From positions 3,247,922 through 3,311,921 of the forward strand of contig MU053482.1 in assembly GCA_013239625.1 (NCBI GenBank): a DNA stretch of 64,000 nt, in the 5' to 3' direction. Positions 11,120 through 23,561 of the stretch are shown piece by piece. The notes under the pieces are model-generated. The model was not told the origin of the DNA and ran no database searches. It saw only the letters and a list, made by a program, of their open reading frames with translations. The first letter of the stretch is position 1; every line of letters begins with the position of its first letter. This stretch comes from Lama guanicoe (lineage: Eukaryota). The position numbers and the translations under genes are program-made.

Positions 11120-13960
11120 ACTCCCACCTTACCCAAAATGGGAGTGATGAGTATTGAATTTACCCTCTAACCTGCAACAACTGAAAAAGCAGACAAAATA
11201 CATGAAACAATAGTTTTCGAACACTAACATGAGGCAGCAGATGACAGTGAACCACGAGAGAAAGTAAACGAATTAAGTGAGCCCTACTATTGCCCCAGCT
11301 TACTTCCTGGTAAGAGTTTCCAAACTGCAGGACAGGAAAGGGGAATCCAAGTGAAGTCCAACAGCTTCCCTGAGCTGAAGCAATAGAGTTGAGGGTACAG
11401 AAAAGCCAAGGATCTTAGAGTTCACAGGGCAGAGTACCAAAGAGAAGTGAGATTCATAGAAAAAGAGAAGTTTAGAGATCTGCAGAGGATCCACCTGAGT
11501 CTTCAGCTGAGTACTGATTTGTATTTGAGTGTGAGAAAATCACCTGAGGACACATAATAAATCACATGAAAGGAACAGAGAGAATGATTCCCAGAGCTCA
11601 CACAAGGCCAGGAACAGTTTGTGTTTCCAACAGCCAATCGGGGGAGGGGGGGAGGGCAGTGGATGCAAAGAACAGAAAAACAAAACAAGCAAAGAAACAA
11701 AAACTGCCATGATTCTCAATGCTTCAAGTAGAGAATTCAGAAGAGTATTACCTCAGTAGTGTCAAAAAATCATCCCTAGACTAAATGCTGCTGTGGGCCC
11801 ACCTAACAAGCCTTGAAAAGATCAAGCTATTTCCAAGTGCTTTAGTTACATCCCAGAACAAAGTTTAAGAATACTTGTAGAAAAATCAAAATATCCAGCA
11901 CTCAACAGAGTAAAATGCACAATGTCTAACATCAATGTAAAAACCACCAGGGGTGAAAAGAAACAGACAAGTATGAGTCATAATGAGGTGAAAAATCAAT
12001 CAACTAAAACACTAAATTGACACAGATAATGAAATTAGGAGATAAGGATATTCAAAGTTATTATAACTTTGTTCCATATTTTCAGGAATACAGAAATGAA
12101 AAATACACTGGATAAAATTTATGAATTACACACTACAGAAAAAAAGATTAATAAACTTGAAATTATAGAAATAGAAACTCTCCAATATGAAAGCAAGAGA
12201 GACAAACAGACAGAAAGAAAATGAACAGACATCAGTGTGCTGTGGGACAGCTTCTACTGGCCTAATATGTATGTAACAGGAGTACCCAGGGGAGGGGGGA
12301 GCCACAAAAAATAGCTGAAGTAATAAGTAATAAAATTTGATAAAATTTCATTTTTCCAAATTTGACAGAAACTATAAACTCAATGATCAACAAGCACAAA
12401 AAAACCCCAAACCCCTCAAAATGGGAAAAATTACACCAAGGGACATCACAGTCAAATTACTTTAAAAGATTTTTTAAATCTTATAAAAATATAATACATC
12501 TTAATAAAGAGAAAATCTTTGAAACAGAAAAGAGACATGTTAGGAAGAGTACAAAAGAAAGAATGACAGCAGACTTCTTGTTATAAGCAATACAAGTCAG
12601 AAAACAATGGAGTCACATCTTTAAAATACTGAAGGAAAAAAAAAAAACTACCAACTCAACATTTTAGGCCCTGTGGGTCTGAGATTGCCTGTCCCTACCA
12701 AAGGACATCAGACAGCCTAGCCTGGGGAACATCTGCCATCTCAGACAGCACTAGCATGAACCAGGGGGAGGACTAGATAAACCAAGACCAAAATAACACT
12801 GCAAAAGCCTGACAATTAGACTGCCACTGGAACAGCAGCTCACAAAATTAGACCATGGTCTATGTGCTAAATCCAAACAGAAGAACTAACTCAGCAGCCA
12901 AAATATCCAGGATATAATTTAAAATCACCCATCATACCAAGAACCTGGAAAATAAAAACCTGGTAAGACAATCAACTGATGCCATCACAAACATGAATCA
13001 GTTGTTAGAATATATGACAAGGATTTTAAAGCAGTTGTCATAAAAATTCATCAATAATCAATCCCAAATTCTTTTGAAACAAATGAAAAATAGAAAATAT
13101 CAGCAAAGAAACAGAAGTTATAAACCAAATGGAAATTATAAAACTAAAAATAAAATTACCAAAATAAAAATCTCAATAGATGGGTTCAATGGTAGAATAG
13201 AGAAGTCACAGGATAGAACTATCGAACTTTGGGACAGATCAATAGAATTTACCCAATCTGAACAACTGAGAGAAAATAAAAATATTAAAAAAAAGAGCTT
13301 TGGGGACCCATGGAATCATATCAAAATATCTAATACTCATATCACTAGACTACTAGAAGAAGAGGGAGTGGACTGAAAGAGTGCTAGAGATAGCAATGGT
13401 TCAAACACTTCCAAATTTGGCAAAACACACAAAAAATTCAAGAAGTTGAATGAACTGCAAATGGGATAAATTCAAAGAAATTTACACCAAGAAGATTATT
13501 AGACTTCTGAAAACTAAAAAGAAAAAAATCTGGATAGAAGCAAGAGAGAAACAATATATATTGCCTATAGGATAACATCAATTCAAATGACTGCAAATTT
13601 TTCATCAGAAACCATGGAGGTCAAAAGGAAGTGGTACAATATTTTTCAAGTGCTGAAATAAAGAACTGTTAACTATAAATTCTATTTCCAGCAAAACTAT
13701 CCTTCAGGAATGAAGGAGAAATCCAGATGTTCTCAGATGAAGAAAAACTAAAAAAACTAAAAGAAATCATCACTAGAAGACCTATCCTTAAAGATCAGGT
13801 AAAGGAAATTGTTCAAACAGAAAGGAAAGGATAAAGGAAGCAGTACTGGAGCATCAGGAAGGAAGAACAATGGGCAGAACAAAACATAAGTACATAGAAT
13901 AAACTATTGTTCTCCTCATGTTTTATAAATCATATCTGATGATTAAATAAAAGTATAACA
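11120..13960 (+). mobile_element. Old L1 5'UTR/ORF1 remnants (probably two nested pieces)
   Basis: A-rich plus strand with decayed ORF1p C-terminal text (TCATCAGAAACCATGGAGGTCAAAAGGAAGTGG...CCAGCAAAACTATCCTTCAGGAATGAAGGAGAAAT at ~13600-13725). A similar tract occurs at ~12570-12660. Confidence 0.75.
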
Positions 13961-16704
13961 ATTCAATTCAATGTTTAACTATCTTCCACAATATCCCCAA
14001 ACAGTTGTTCATCCTCTGCCTGAACATCTCTAAGTAAAAATGAAATTACTACTTCTTAAATTATTAGAAAGTTCTTCCATATATTGAAATATATGCTCAG
14101 AATCCAAATCTCCCTAGGACTGGTGTTTTGTTTTTGCTCAAGTCAGTCACTCTCAGATCAGATCCAACCAATATTTATCGTACAGTTACTACACATAAGG
14201 CAGTTAATTGTAACAAGCTATGAAATAAAAATACTAATCTCCAGTTTACACATAAAGAAATGAATTTACATACCAGGTAATGTTCCCAAAGTCACATTGT
14301 ATAAATAAGTGGAAGACCACAAATGTGAATCTGAGTCATCCTAAATCCAGTACTCAAATGGTTTTCAACCAATGGCTGGTGTCCTGATGTCAGCTGGCTC
14401 TAAACCTCCTTCCAGGGCAATATCCTCCATCCTTTAGACTTAGTCCAACAACTTCTGGGATCATTTAAAACTTCTCTATTCTTGAAGATTACTGCTTTCC
14501 TGACTTGCAGTCTTTAGTTGCTATACTGTGCCAGGGCAGATGGATAGGAGCTGCCAGAATTAACTTTTCCTTTAGCACAGAACTCAATCTGGGTATGACC
14601 TTATAGGTAAGTCTAGTTCTAGGGCCCTGATCCCCTCCTATTCCATTTATTCTACTGAAAGAAACTAGACCATCCTGGGGCAAGCCCAGAAATTCAGTAA
14701 TATTTGCTTCACTCAATGTAACAAGCTAAAAATAAGCTCAATCCTCTCCCACAAGTAATCCCTCAACTACTTAAAGACAACTGTTGTGCCTTCTCAAAAG
14801 TAAATATGATTTCCATTTCCCTTCCTATCTCAGTCACTCTTCCAAGGATCTTTTTATTCTCAAAAGACTACTACATTAAAGACATCGACAGTAATTATGA
14901 ATAAATAGAAATAATCCAAAATATAAATATCTTCCCACAGTAAATATCTTCAAACTAATCTAAGAGTCTTCAAAGATATATAGACACACCATGAGTCTTA
15001 TTTTATTTTATTTTATTTATTTCTTCTAACATTCCATGAGTCTTATTTTAAAAAGAACACTACATTGGTATTCAGGAGATCTCAGGCTTGTCTTAGCTCT
15101 ATCTCTAACTAATAACCTTATGCACATCCTCTAACTTCTCTTGAATCTCAGTCTCTCACGGATAAAGTGATTTGAAGTCCCTTCTTGCTCTAAAATTCTA
15201 TGCATGGTAAACACCACAAAATACTAAATACACATATCTACCACTAGGGGGAACAAAACTATGGTTGCCAACCTAAGGAGTAGACAAAAGTCCCCAGATA
15301 GATTACCTTGCTAGGAAAACTATACTCATTTAAACTACATGAATTTACACTAAGCCTCAACAACGCATCTGCTGGCAAAGAATTCCAGGCCACTGCCTAA
15401 ACACTGTTATTTTGTATAATGTAGAAAAACAGATCTCTGTCTAGACTGGTTAAAGTTATCTTAAATCAAACTAATTATCACAAAAACATGTTGATTGTGT
15501 AACACTGAGAAATCAGCAACTTTACAAAGGAGGGGTAGAAGTAGTAGGACTGAAAGAATTTAGGTGGGGGGAAAGGGGAAGGGAGGGAAAAAAAAAAGAA
15601 GCAGCTGGGGTTTTCTGGAATTTCTGCAATATAATAAATCATATCTATGCCTTTAAAAGTACTATAGAAATTATTACCATGATACTACAGTCTATCTATC
15701 CCTTGTTAATAATATAGCAGAAAAAATATTCCCACATGAAAATTTCAGACCACTTTCTTAGAAACAACTTAAAAACACTAATATGTTGGTAGTATCCATA
15801 ATATATCAATCCTTTTAGAATAAAAAGAAAATTACACATTTAAACAGAATTCTCTACTATGACTTGCTGTATCACTTTCACTATGTTTTTAAAGTTTCCT
15901 CCCAACTGAAGATAAGATTATTATGTAACAGGTACTTCATTTTAGTGTAAGAATTTTTAAATAGGCTATTTTTAAACTAGGGGAAAAGTTATTGATTGAA
16001 CAACAGCAAAGGTCATCATGTTCATCTTCCTTAAACAAGAGATTCCTGCTTGTTGCACAACGCAACCAGGCATGATATACCTAAAGTTCTCATTATAACT
16101 CATTCAATATGTCCCTATCAATGGATTCTCTAATCTAACTCAATAAAGGAGAAGGCAGGAAATCTCTGAGATTTAAAGAATCTCTAGCAACCTGTGCCTT
16201 TCAAATCAACCAAGCCTTTAAAGGAATACAGGTACTAAATTTCTTTCCACCCCCAAAGTTTAAACATGTCCTCTACCTACAAAATTCGTCCCTTCACAAA
16301 TCCATATTCTTTTGCATCTTTAACTCCCTATCTCCAACTCAAAGTCCACCTTTGAGCAGAACTACCAGCACAGATAATCCACGCCTTATGTTTTCTGCTC
16401 AATTCTCAAAAAATCAAACTTCCTATCCTACAAAAAAAAAGTAAACAAGTTATAATGCTGTCTGTTTTCCCTGAGGTTTCATTCTCCTAAAAACAAACAT
16501 TGCCTTCTCCTACTAGATGACACAGAATCTTTCCCAAGATCCCAATGCCATCTATATCCCTTACTGAGCATTTCCAGAGACACAGTAAATTTTAATCATG
16601 ACCAAATGGGATTTTCCACCATTTCTACAAAACCTGTATCTTCTCCTGCTCCATTCCATCTCAGAGAGTGGCACCATATACATCTGGGTATTCAGTGTCT
16701 CCAT

Positions 16705-17160
16705 TTGGAGTAGGTTCAGCAGCATATAACAGAAAACCTAAAATATTAGCAGCTTAAACATGGGAGAAGTTTGTTTCATTTCATATAAAAGACTAGAAGT
16801 GGAAGCGCAGAATTAATGACTGATCTATTGTTTCAGGGATCTACCTTCTTCAGCTTGACTGCTCCACTACCTACAGGGTTTGGCTCTCATTCTCCTGGTT
16901 TAATATATCTGTTAGAGCTCCAAACATGTTTCAAGCACAAACTGAGAAGGGCACAGATTATTTAGGGAGAATCTCTGGAAGAACAATTTCATTTATATAT
17001 TACTGGCCAAAACCTAGTCACAAAGCCATGCCCAGTCAAAAGGAAGTCTTAGTTAAGTGATAACTGTTCTCCTAAAAAACCAGAAAGGTTTTGTTTCTGA
17101 AGAAGGAAGGAAAAAATAGACATTAGAAGGCAACAGGCAAATTCTACCATAGTCTGCCCA
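16705..17160. mobile_element. Old MaLR LTR (MLT1K/L-like)
   Basis: TATAACAGAAAACCTAAAATATTAGCAGCTTAAAC...TTACTGGCCAAAACCTAGTCACAAAGCCATGCC. Confidence 0.6.
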
Positions 17161-17164
17161 TTAA

Positions 17165-20100
17165 TCTGACAAATGTCAACACATTGTACAGAACCCATGT
17201 TAACTAGGAACAAAGGGTATGGGACTGTGATAGAATCATACAGAAAGAGCATTTTGCTTGTGCAACATACATGCGCTTTCAGTACCTGCACTGTGCCCAA
17301 TCCCGTTACGCCAGTTCTATTTGATGATGAAATGCTGCTTGCTAGGCATTTCCTGCATAGGTAGCTCATGCCACTGGTATCCAGTATTTGGGCATTTGTT
17401 CTCTATCAGATAGAACAGCAAGCTGGAAGTCTTTTTCAAAGATAGAATATTTGCTTGCCAAAAAGGGCCCTCACCGTGATTCTCTTGCGAGGGCCTGCAA
17501 AAGGTCCATAGCAACCTAAGGGTAGCTTTACAGATTACTCAGTAATGGGGATGGAACAGTACACTTACATGAAGTATATCCTGATCCGAAACTCAAAGAG
17601 ATCCACCAGTTACTGTATTTCCTTTAGGTATCAGGGGATATAAGATGCAGTAGCTTATCCTCTACTTCAGGAGGGACATTCCAACATATCCCTAGACACT
17701 GACACCTCAGAAACGTCACTAATGTGTCAGGTCCATAAAAATTTTGTGGGCTTCATGTACTACCATCAGCTGGGTCTTTACAAAGGATCTAGGGTGCTTG
17801 CTAGTTCTCTACCTAAAGTCCTGTCATTCAGTATTATGTCATCATTATAAGTGACCAGTCAGATGTACTTTGAGATGGTGAGATGAATGAAATCCCTATA
17901 GACTAAATTATGGCACAGAGCTGAAACACTGACCAAACCATGGAGTCATATGATGGCAAAATAGTGATGCTACATGCTGTTTATTTCTGATGATCTTTGC
18001 TTGCCTGCTTGAATGTATTCATTCATTCATTCATTTATTTTAAGGCATTTGATAGATTAATAGTTAATCACCAGGTGCCAGGACTGTTTCTAGTGAAAAG
18101 ATCACAAATGGAACACCAGATACAACTAGAGTGGTGGAACGTTATGATAATACATCATCATTCTCCAGGATCTATCTTTCACACAGACAAAACAAGAGAA
18201 TTCAATGCAGCCTGAACCTTTCCACCCCTGAACCTTTCAAATCTTTAATATGGCATTAAAAATCCCTGTAATTCAGGATGTGAGACTGCTTTTGGTTTAT
18301 TATCTTGGTGGAAAGAGAGCTCCAGGGGGTTACACTTAACTTTTCCTTTGTTTGTGTTACCATAACAGCTCTTAATCCATGGATATGGATGCCAATTTGA
18401 AAATTCTCTCAGCTGTTAAACATATTTATCCCAAATATGCACTAAGAAGTAAGATACAACCACAGGATGAATTCATAGACCCACTAGGCCTACTGTGAAA
18501 TAGTTTCAAGCCAAAGCTCTATTCCATACCTGATTTCCATAAGCTCCCAGACTGTGGGGGGGGGGGGACACAGTAGTATCCTGAGTCACCAGGAATTAGC
18601 TCAGGTTCCAGTAATCACTGAAAGGTTTGAGTATTTTCTCTTCACTCATGTACAGCTCCACTCATAGAGCCAAAGGTCCCTTTCTTTAGAGAAGGCTATG
18701 AAAAAAAATTAACTGCACCTACTTGTGATATTACCACAAAGTCCTGCCACAAAGGAAGGTAACTTTGCCTCCTCTTTATCCAAGGACTTCTAGATTAGTG
18801 AAGTGATAAAGGTATAGGGATTAGGTGATTCCAGTATAGTGACCTAAAATCAATCCTACGTTCATCAGACCTAACGTGTTTTGTTTGGCTTGGTTTTTGT
18901 TTTTTGTTTAAATTTTTGTTTAAATTCAGGTATCAAATAAGACCTCAATGAGCTGCACATCCAGGTCAGTTTTAGGAATCCCTTGATCAATGTGTCTACA
19001 GTAATAACCATTGTCCATCTTGCCTCTAATGGTTAATTTGTTACTAGCCTCTGCCATTCCAGGATCCCACTGATTTCAGGGGGTCCATTTTATAGCAGCA
19101 TCTCTTGTACTCATATGAAGGCCAGAGAAGACAGCCACTACAGCACTTTTTAAGGATGCCAGCATTTCCCTTACCATTCTATTTTCTTAAAGGTAGTAGA
19201 GAACATCCATCTTAAGGGGACATAATTGAGAGGAAGAAAGCTGGCTGCACATAGTAAATTCACCCCCCCACCCCAGCATGCCTAACTTCTCAACTCTGGC
19301 ATCTTAACTTCATTCAATGTAGGTCAATAAAACAAGGAGACAGGTAGAACCAGTCCTTTCTGCTTGAGCAATCGCCAAATCTGAAATCCCTTGTGGGTGA
19401 GCCTACATTAATAAATTCAGCCCAAACTAAAATTAGATCCCTCCTTTCCTCATTGAGCACCCTTTACATCCTATTTCATAACTATTTCCTAGGTTTTTGC
19501 TAATATAAATTAGTAAAACTCTTGCAATTCTTTTGATGCATGACACTTGTCTTTGATTTTGAAACTGGCCCCTTGGACTTGCTAGGATCTAACTCTAGCT
19601 TTAGTTCTAGAGGCCATGACGTTGTAGGGATGGGAATGAGAACAGCCACGGCTCTACAAGGTGAGGTCACTGCAGTACTTTTAAGCAAGGCAGGACCACT
19701 CTTACCAGTCAAGGAAAGAGGTTTTGTTCCTGCTGTCAGGGGAAAAGGGAGGTTAAATAAAAATTATAAATTAAGAATATGTGGAGGCATCCAAACACTC
19801 CTAGCGTAACCATTCCAATTCTTAGAATCACTCTTTCCCAATCAATGCTCCAACTTACACCTAATCTGATTAAGCTGTGGATTCAGCCTACATTGTAGTT
19901 CAACAACTTGTTGGATTAGACTCTGTAATTGATTTGGGTTCTGACTGCCCTGGAGTTTTAAGATGTAAAAGATTATTTTAAGGTAATCACAAAACTGCTT
20001 AGTTTTCTAACCATAACTTCAACCAAGATTTTTAAACTCTGACCCTACCATTTTCTTTAAATCAGTTTCTCAAACACCGTTGACATTTTGGGCCAGACAA

Positions 20101-20506
20101 CTCCCTGTTTTCATGGTGGAGAGGAGGCAGGCCTGTAAGCAGCATCCCTAGTCTCTACCCATGAGATGCCAGTAGCACCCTCTTCTAGTTACGACAACCA
20201 AAAATGTTTCCACACATTGACAAACAGCCCCTAGAGGGCAAAAGCACCCCAGCTTGAGAACCACCGCTTTAAACTCTGAAGTGGAGTTAAAAACAGACAA
20301 ATAGCCAATCTATCTATAATCTTTACAATCTTTTGTCTCCTAATATACATCACCACTCAATCCACCAAAGCTTTGCCTACAGGTACTTCATTCTAGGAGA
20401 CTGCACGTGTAAACAATTAACTTTCACCACGAGGTATGGACTGATTACCAATGACCATTCAATATTCCCTGAGGTTCTACTGCCTATAACACTTTTGGTA
20501 CCAATT
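17165..20506 (-). mobile_element. ERV-L internal region with decayed pol (RT) and probable gag/protease remnants
   Basis: Minus 17924-17822 translates as SALCHNLVYRDFIHLTISKYI*LVTYNDDIILND, compared with ERV-L RT SPALCHNLV...LVHYIDDIML. Flanking text resembles PGTW..IDLANA, KDKLLHL, YSPFEKQLLA and QQHSIIKW. A PBS-like TTGGTACC sits at the LTR junction at ~20500. Confidence 0.85.
20063..20266. mobile_element. MER20 hAT DNA transposon nested in the ERV-L
   Basis: Termini CAGTTTCTCAA / TTGAGAACCACCG, internal CTCTACCCATGAGATGCCAGTAGCACC, and an 8-bp TSD CTTTAAAT/CTTTAAAC (20055-20062, 20267-20274). Confidence 0.9.
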
Positions 20507-20910
20507 GTTGTATTGGTCCAGGATCAGAAGCCACTCTAGGTAGTTTAAGCAAAAAGGGACTAGATACAAGAATCAGATGCTCACAAAATCATTGGGAAAA
20601 TGGAGAGGCAGGCTCTAGAGTGAGTGAGATCCCACAAACTCCTAACCCACAGACCACTCTGCCTCAGCCACAACCAGGAAAGCTGTCACCATCACTGCAA
20701 GCAGCTGGCAAACAAGGAAACTGCTACACAAACTACAAAAACAGAAAGCTAATCACTAAATTAGGAAGCTGTTCCCACAAACTGCTAAGAACCATTCTCT
20801 CTCTCACAACTCACGCAAGCAAAATTCTAGCCCGCCCCTACTCTAAACCCATGTAGTTCAGTTACAAATCAAAGTATATATGAAGGGTGGAATCTAAATC
20901 ATGTCCAGAA
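20507..20910 (-). mobile_element. Probable 5' LTR of the ERV-L element
   Basis: Starts TGTATTGGTCCAGG directly after GGTACCAATTGT. The text resembles old ERVL/MaLR-class LTRs. Confidence 0.6.
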
Positions 20911-23256
20911 ACAAAGTAGCCTATGGGGAAAGAATGTACTGGTAGGAAAACTATTAAGTACTCTCATTCTGAAAGTTACATTTTATTGTCATTTTAAAAA
21001 GTGATATCCTCCAAAAGACATAGTGAGTTTTACCCTATCAATAATGCAGTTTCCTGAGCCTCCATTACTAAAAACTAGATTCCAGACTATCCAGACTAAG
21101 GTAAATGCCATCTTGTAGGAACTTCTTTGTGTGATCATATGGCTTTCCATGAAGAACCTCCTACATTAGTAACAACCATGTATCTCATGATTTTGAACTG
21201 CAACATTCTCCCACATCCACTACAATAGTTTTATTTGGGGTCCTCATTCCTTGCATAGACTACTGCAACAGCTTCCTAGTCATTCTCCCTGACTTCATGG
21301 TTGACCACTCCAAATCATTTTCTTCAATGCTGCCAGCATTTGTTCAGCAAGTTACTCCAGTTAATTGACTTCTCATCACATTCAGGATAATGGTGAAATT
21401 CCTAATGATCTGAACCTTACCTAACTCTCAACCATATCCTTATGAAGACCCTAGTTTCAACAACCTATTTATAGCAGCCTAAACAAGACAGATCCATTCA
21501 AACTCATCTATCTGCCTTTGAATATACTGTCCATTCTGCCAGAAATTATTTTCTCCCATCACCAGGTTAACTCTTACACATTTTACATTAAGTTCAGAAA
21601 TACTTCCTGATACGTTGTGTCCCAACATTAAGTGTCACTTTTCTGCACTTCCATAATAACTTACTCTAAATCTTTAAGGGGGGAAAGTCAAATGGTTACA
21701 TAATCTCCAGGAGGACTTAGCAATTCTAAAACATAAGAGAAAAAAATGACTTGTGAGGATCACTCAATGCTGGGATTATTAGATTGAGATAACCAGGAGG
21801 ACAAGAAACTTGAAAGTAGGTTAGATTAAATTTGAAGTGAATAGTTATGGAAAGGGGAAAAAATGATGCTAAAAAAGAGCTGAAAGATTATTTCACTCTA
21901 TTGTTGCAAATATCTAAATTATTTTAAAAATTTTCTTTATACCAAGTCAAAATCTTCTCCAAGTATTCTCAGCAACTGATGTCACCAGAATTACAAAGAA
22001 TATGTCTATTCCTTCTTTAACATGACAGATTTTCAGCTGTTTGAAGACCTTAAGCATGACTCTCCCATCCTCCTCTTCTACTTCCTCTAATGGAAATGAG
22101 CCATTTTCCCATTAGAGACAGTTGTAATCCTCATTACATAGGGTCCAATTAGAGTTAAACAACTTAAGGAATGAAGAATACTTAGCTCAGACTAAGAACT
22201 TCTAAAAGAGTTAAAAAGCAGAAAGCTAAGGGATAAGAGAGCTCATCTTAGGAAAAAGCAAATATTTAAACATAAATAAATTAGTATCTAAATGAGTATT
22301 CTAAGAAGTCACAACAAACAATACAGGAACAAAAGACACGTAGAAAGCATACTAATTTAACTTTCACAGTAAGTAAAGCAGACACTATACATTTGATAAT
22401 TCAAGAAATGTAAATTTCATAATAGCATTTAAAGTAATGAAGAATCCTCTAGACTAACAATATTAACATAGCAAACAAACGTAAGGACATAGAGGGAGAA
22501 ATTAGTTACCAGGTTTACTAAATTCCTCATCTTTCATATTTGAGAATAAATAGATGCTGTCTACAGTTTTCCAACATATTAATTCCTCTATAATGTACCC
22601 ATTAACAAAACAAAAACAAATGAAAAGAGGCCTGTCTTTATGGAAGCAGGAATGAAGGTGGGCAAGGTAAGAGGGACTGTTTTACTTTATATACCTCTGC
22701 TTATTTAACTAAGTATTTTGATTGAAAACAAAACAAAAACAATCAGCTAGAAATAAAACAGTAACTAGTGCATATAAGACGGGGAAAAAATAAGTAGTAA
22801 GATCTGTGATTACATACTCAAGAAAATAAACAGTAAATGAAATGATCACTGGCAATTTGGATTGCCAAAAGTTTCACCACTATAAGAACACAAAATGCTC
22901 ACTGCTACAAGTCAAAGACAATGATACCTCCACCAGAGGCCAAACTGTGCCACTGCTTCCTAATATTTATGAGGGGAAAAAACTCTGAGCCCTAAGAGAT
23001 ATTACTGTATTTTACAACAATCTCTGAAAGGAAGAATAACTTCCAGTCATTCTAGATGTCTCCTTGTTCTTTAACACAACATATACAACAAATCTGTTAC
23101 CAAGACCCACTGTGTCTACTCCCAAATTCTCACTTGAATTCATTGCCTTCTCTCTACCACCACTTCCTTAGGCCTTTATAATTTCTTGCCTTAATTGGCA
23201 TCCTTCTCTCCCTTTTCTCCTCCTTCTGTACACTAATATCAAAACTATCATTCTAT

Positions 23257-23459
23257 CATGCAAATTTGATTATGTAACACCCACATTTAAAATGTCAATG
23301 GCTTTCCATGCAAATTTGATTATGTAACACCCACATTTAAAATGTCAATGGCTTTCCATGCAAATTTGATTATGTAACACCCACATTTAAAATGTCAATG
23401 GCTTTCCATGCAAATTTGATTATGTAACACCCACATTTAAAATGTCAATGGCTTTCCAT
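23257..23459. repeat. Perfect 50-bp tandem repeat x4
   Basis: CATGCAAATTTGATTATGTAACACCCACATTTAAAATGTCAATGGCTTTC at 23257, 23307, 23357 and 23407, all identical. Confidence 0.98.
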
Positions 23460-23561
23460 TAGCTATAATTGAAAGTCCAAAGTCCTCGGCATGACATTCA
23501 AGGCCCTTAATGATCTAGCTCTAGCCCAATCTCTCTGGCCTCATATTTTCACATATCCCCA

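Noticed and set aside
18015..18095. Apparent L2 3' end (TTCATTCATT...CCAGGTGCCAGG) inside the ERV-L
   Set aside because: Most of it reads as ERV-L RT on the minus strand (PGTW, IDLANA-like). At most a short (TCAT)n insert is foreign.
23257..23459. CRISPR-like array
   Set aside because: Head-to-tail identical units with no spacers, in eukaryotic DNA.
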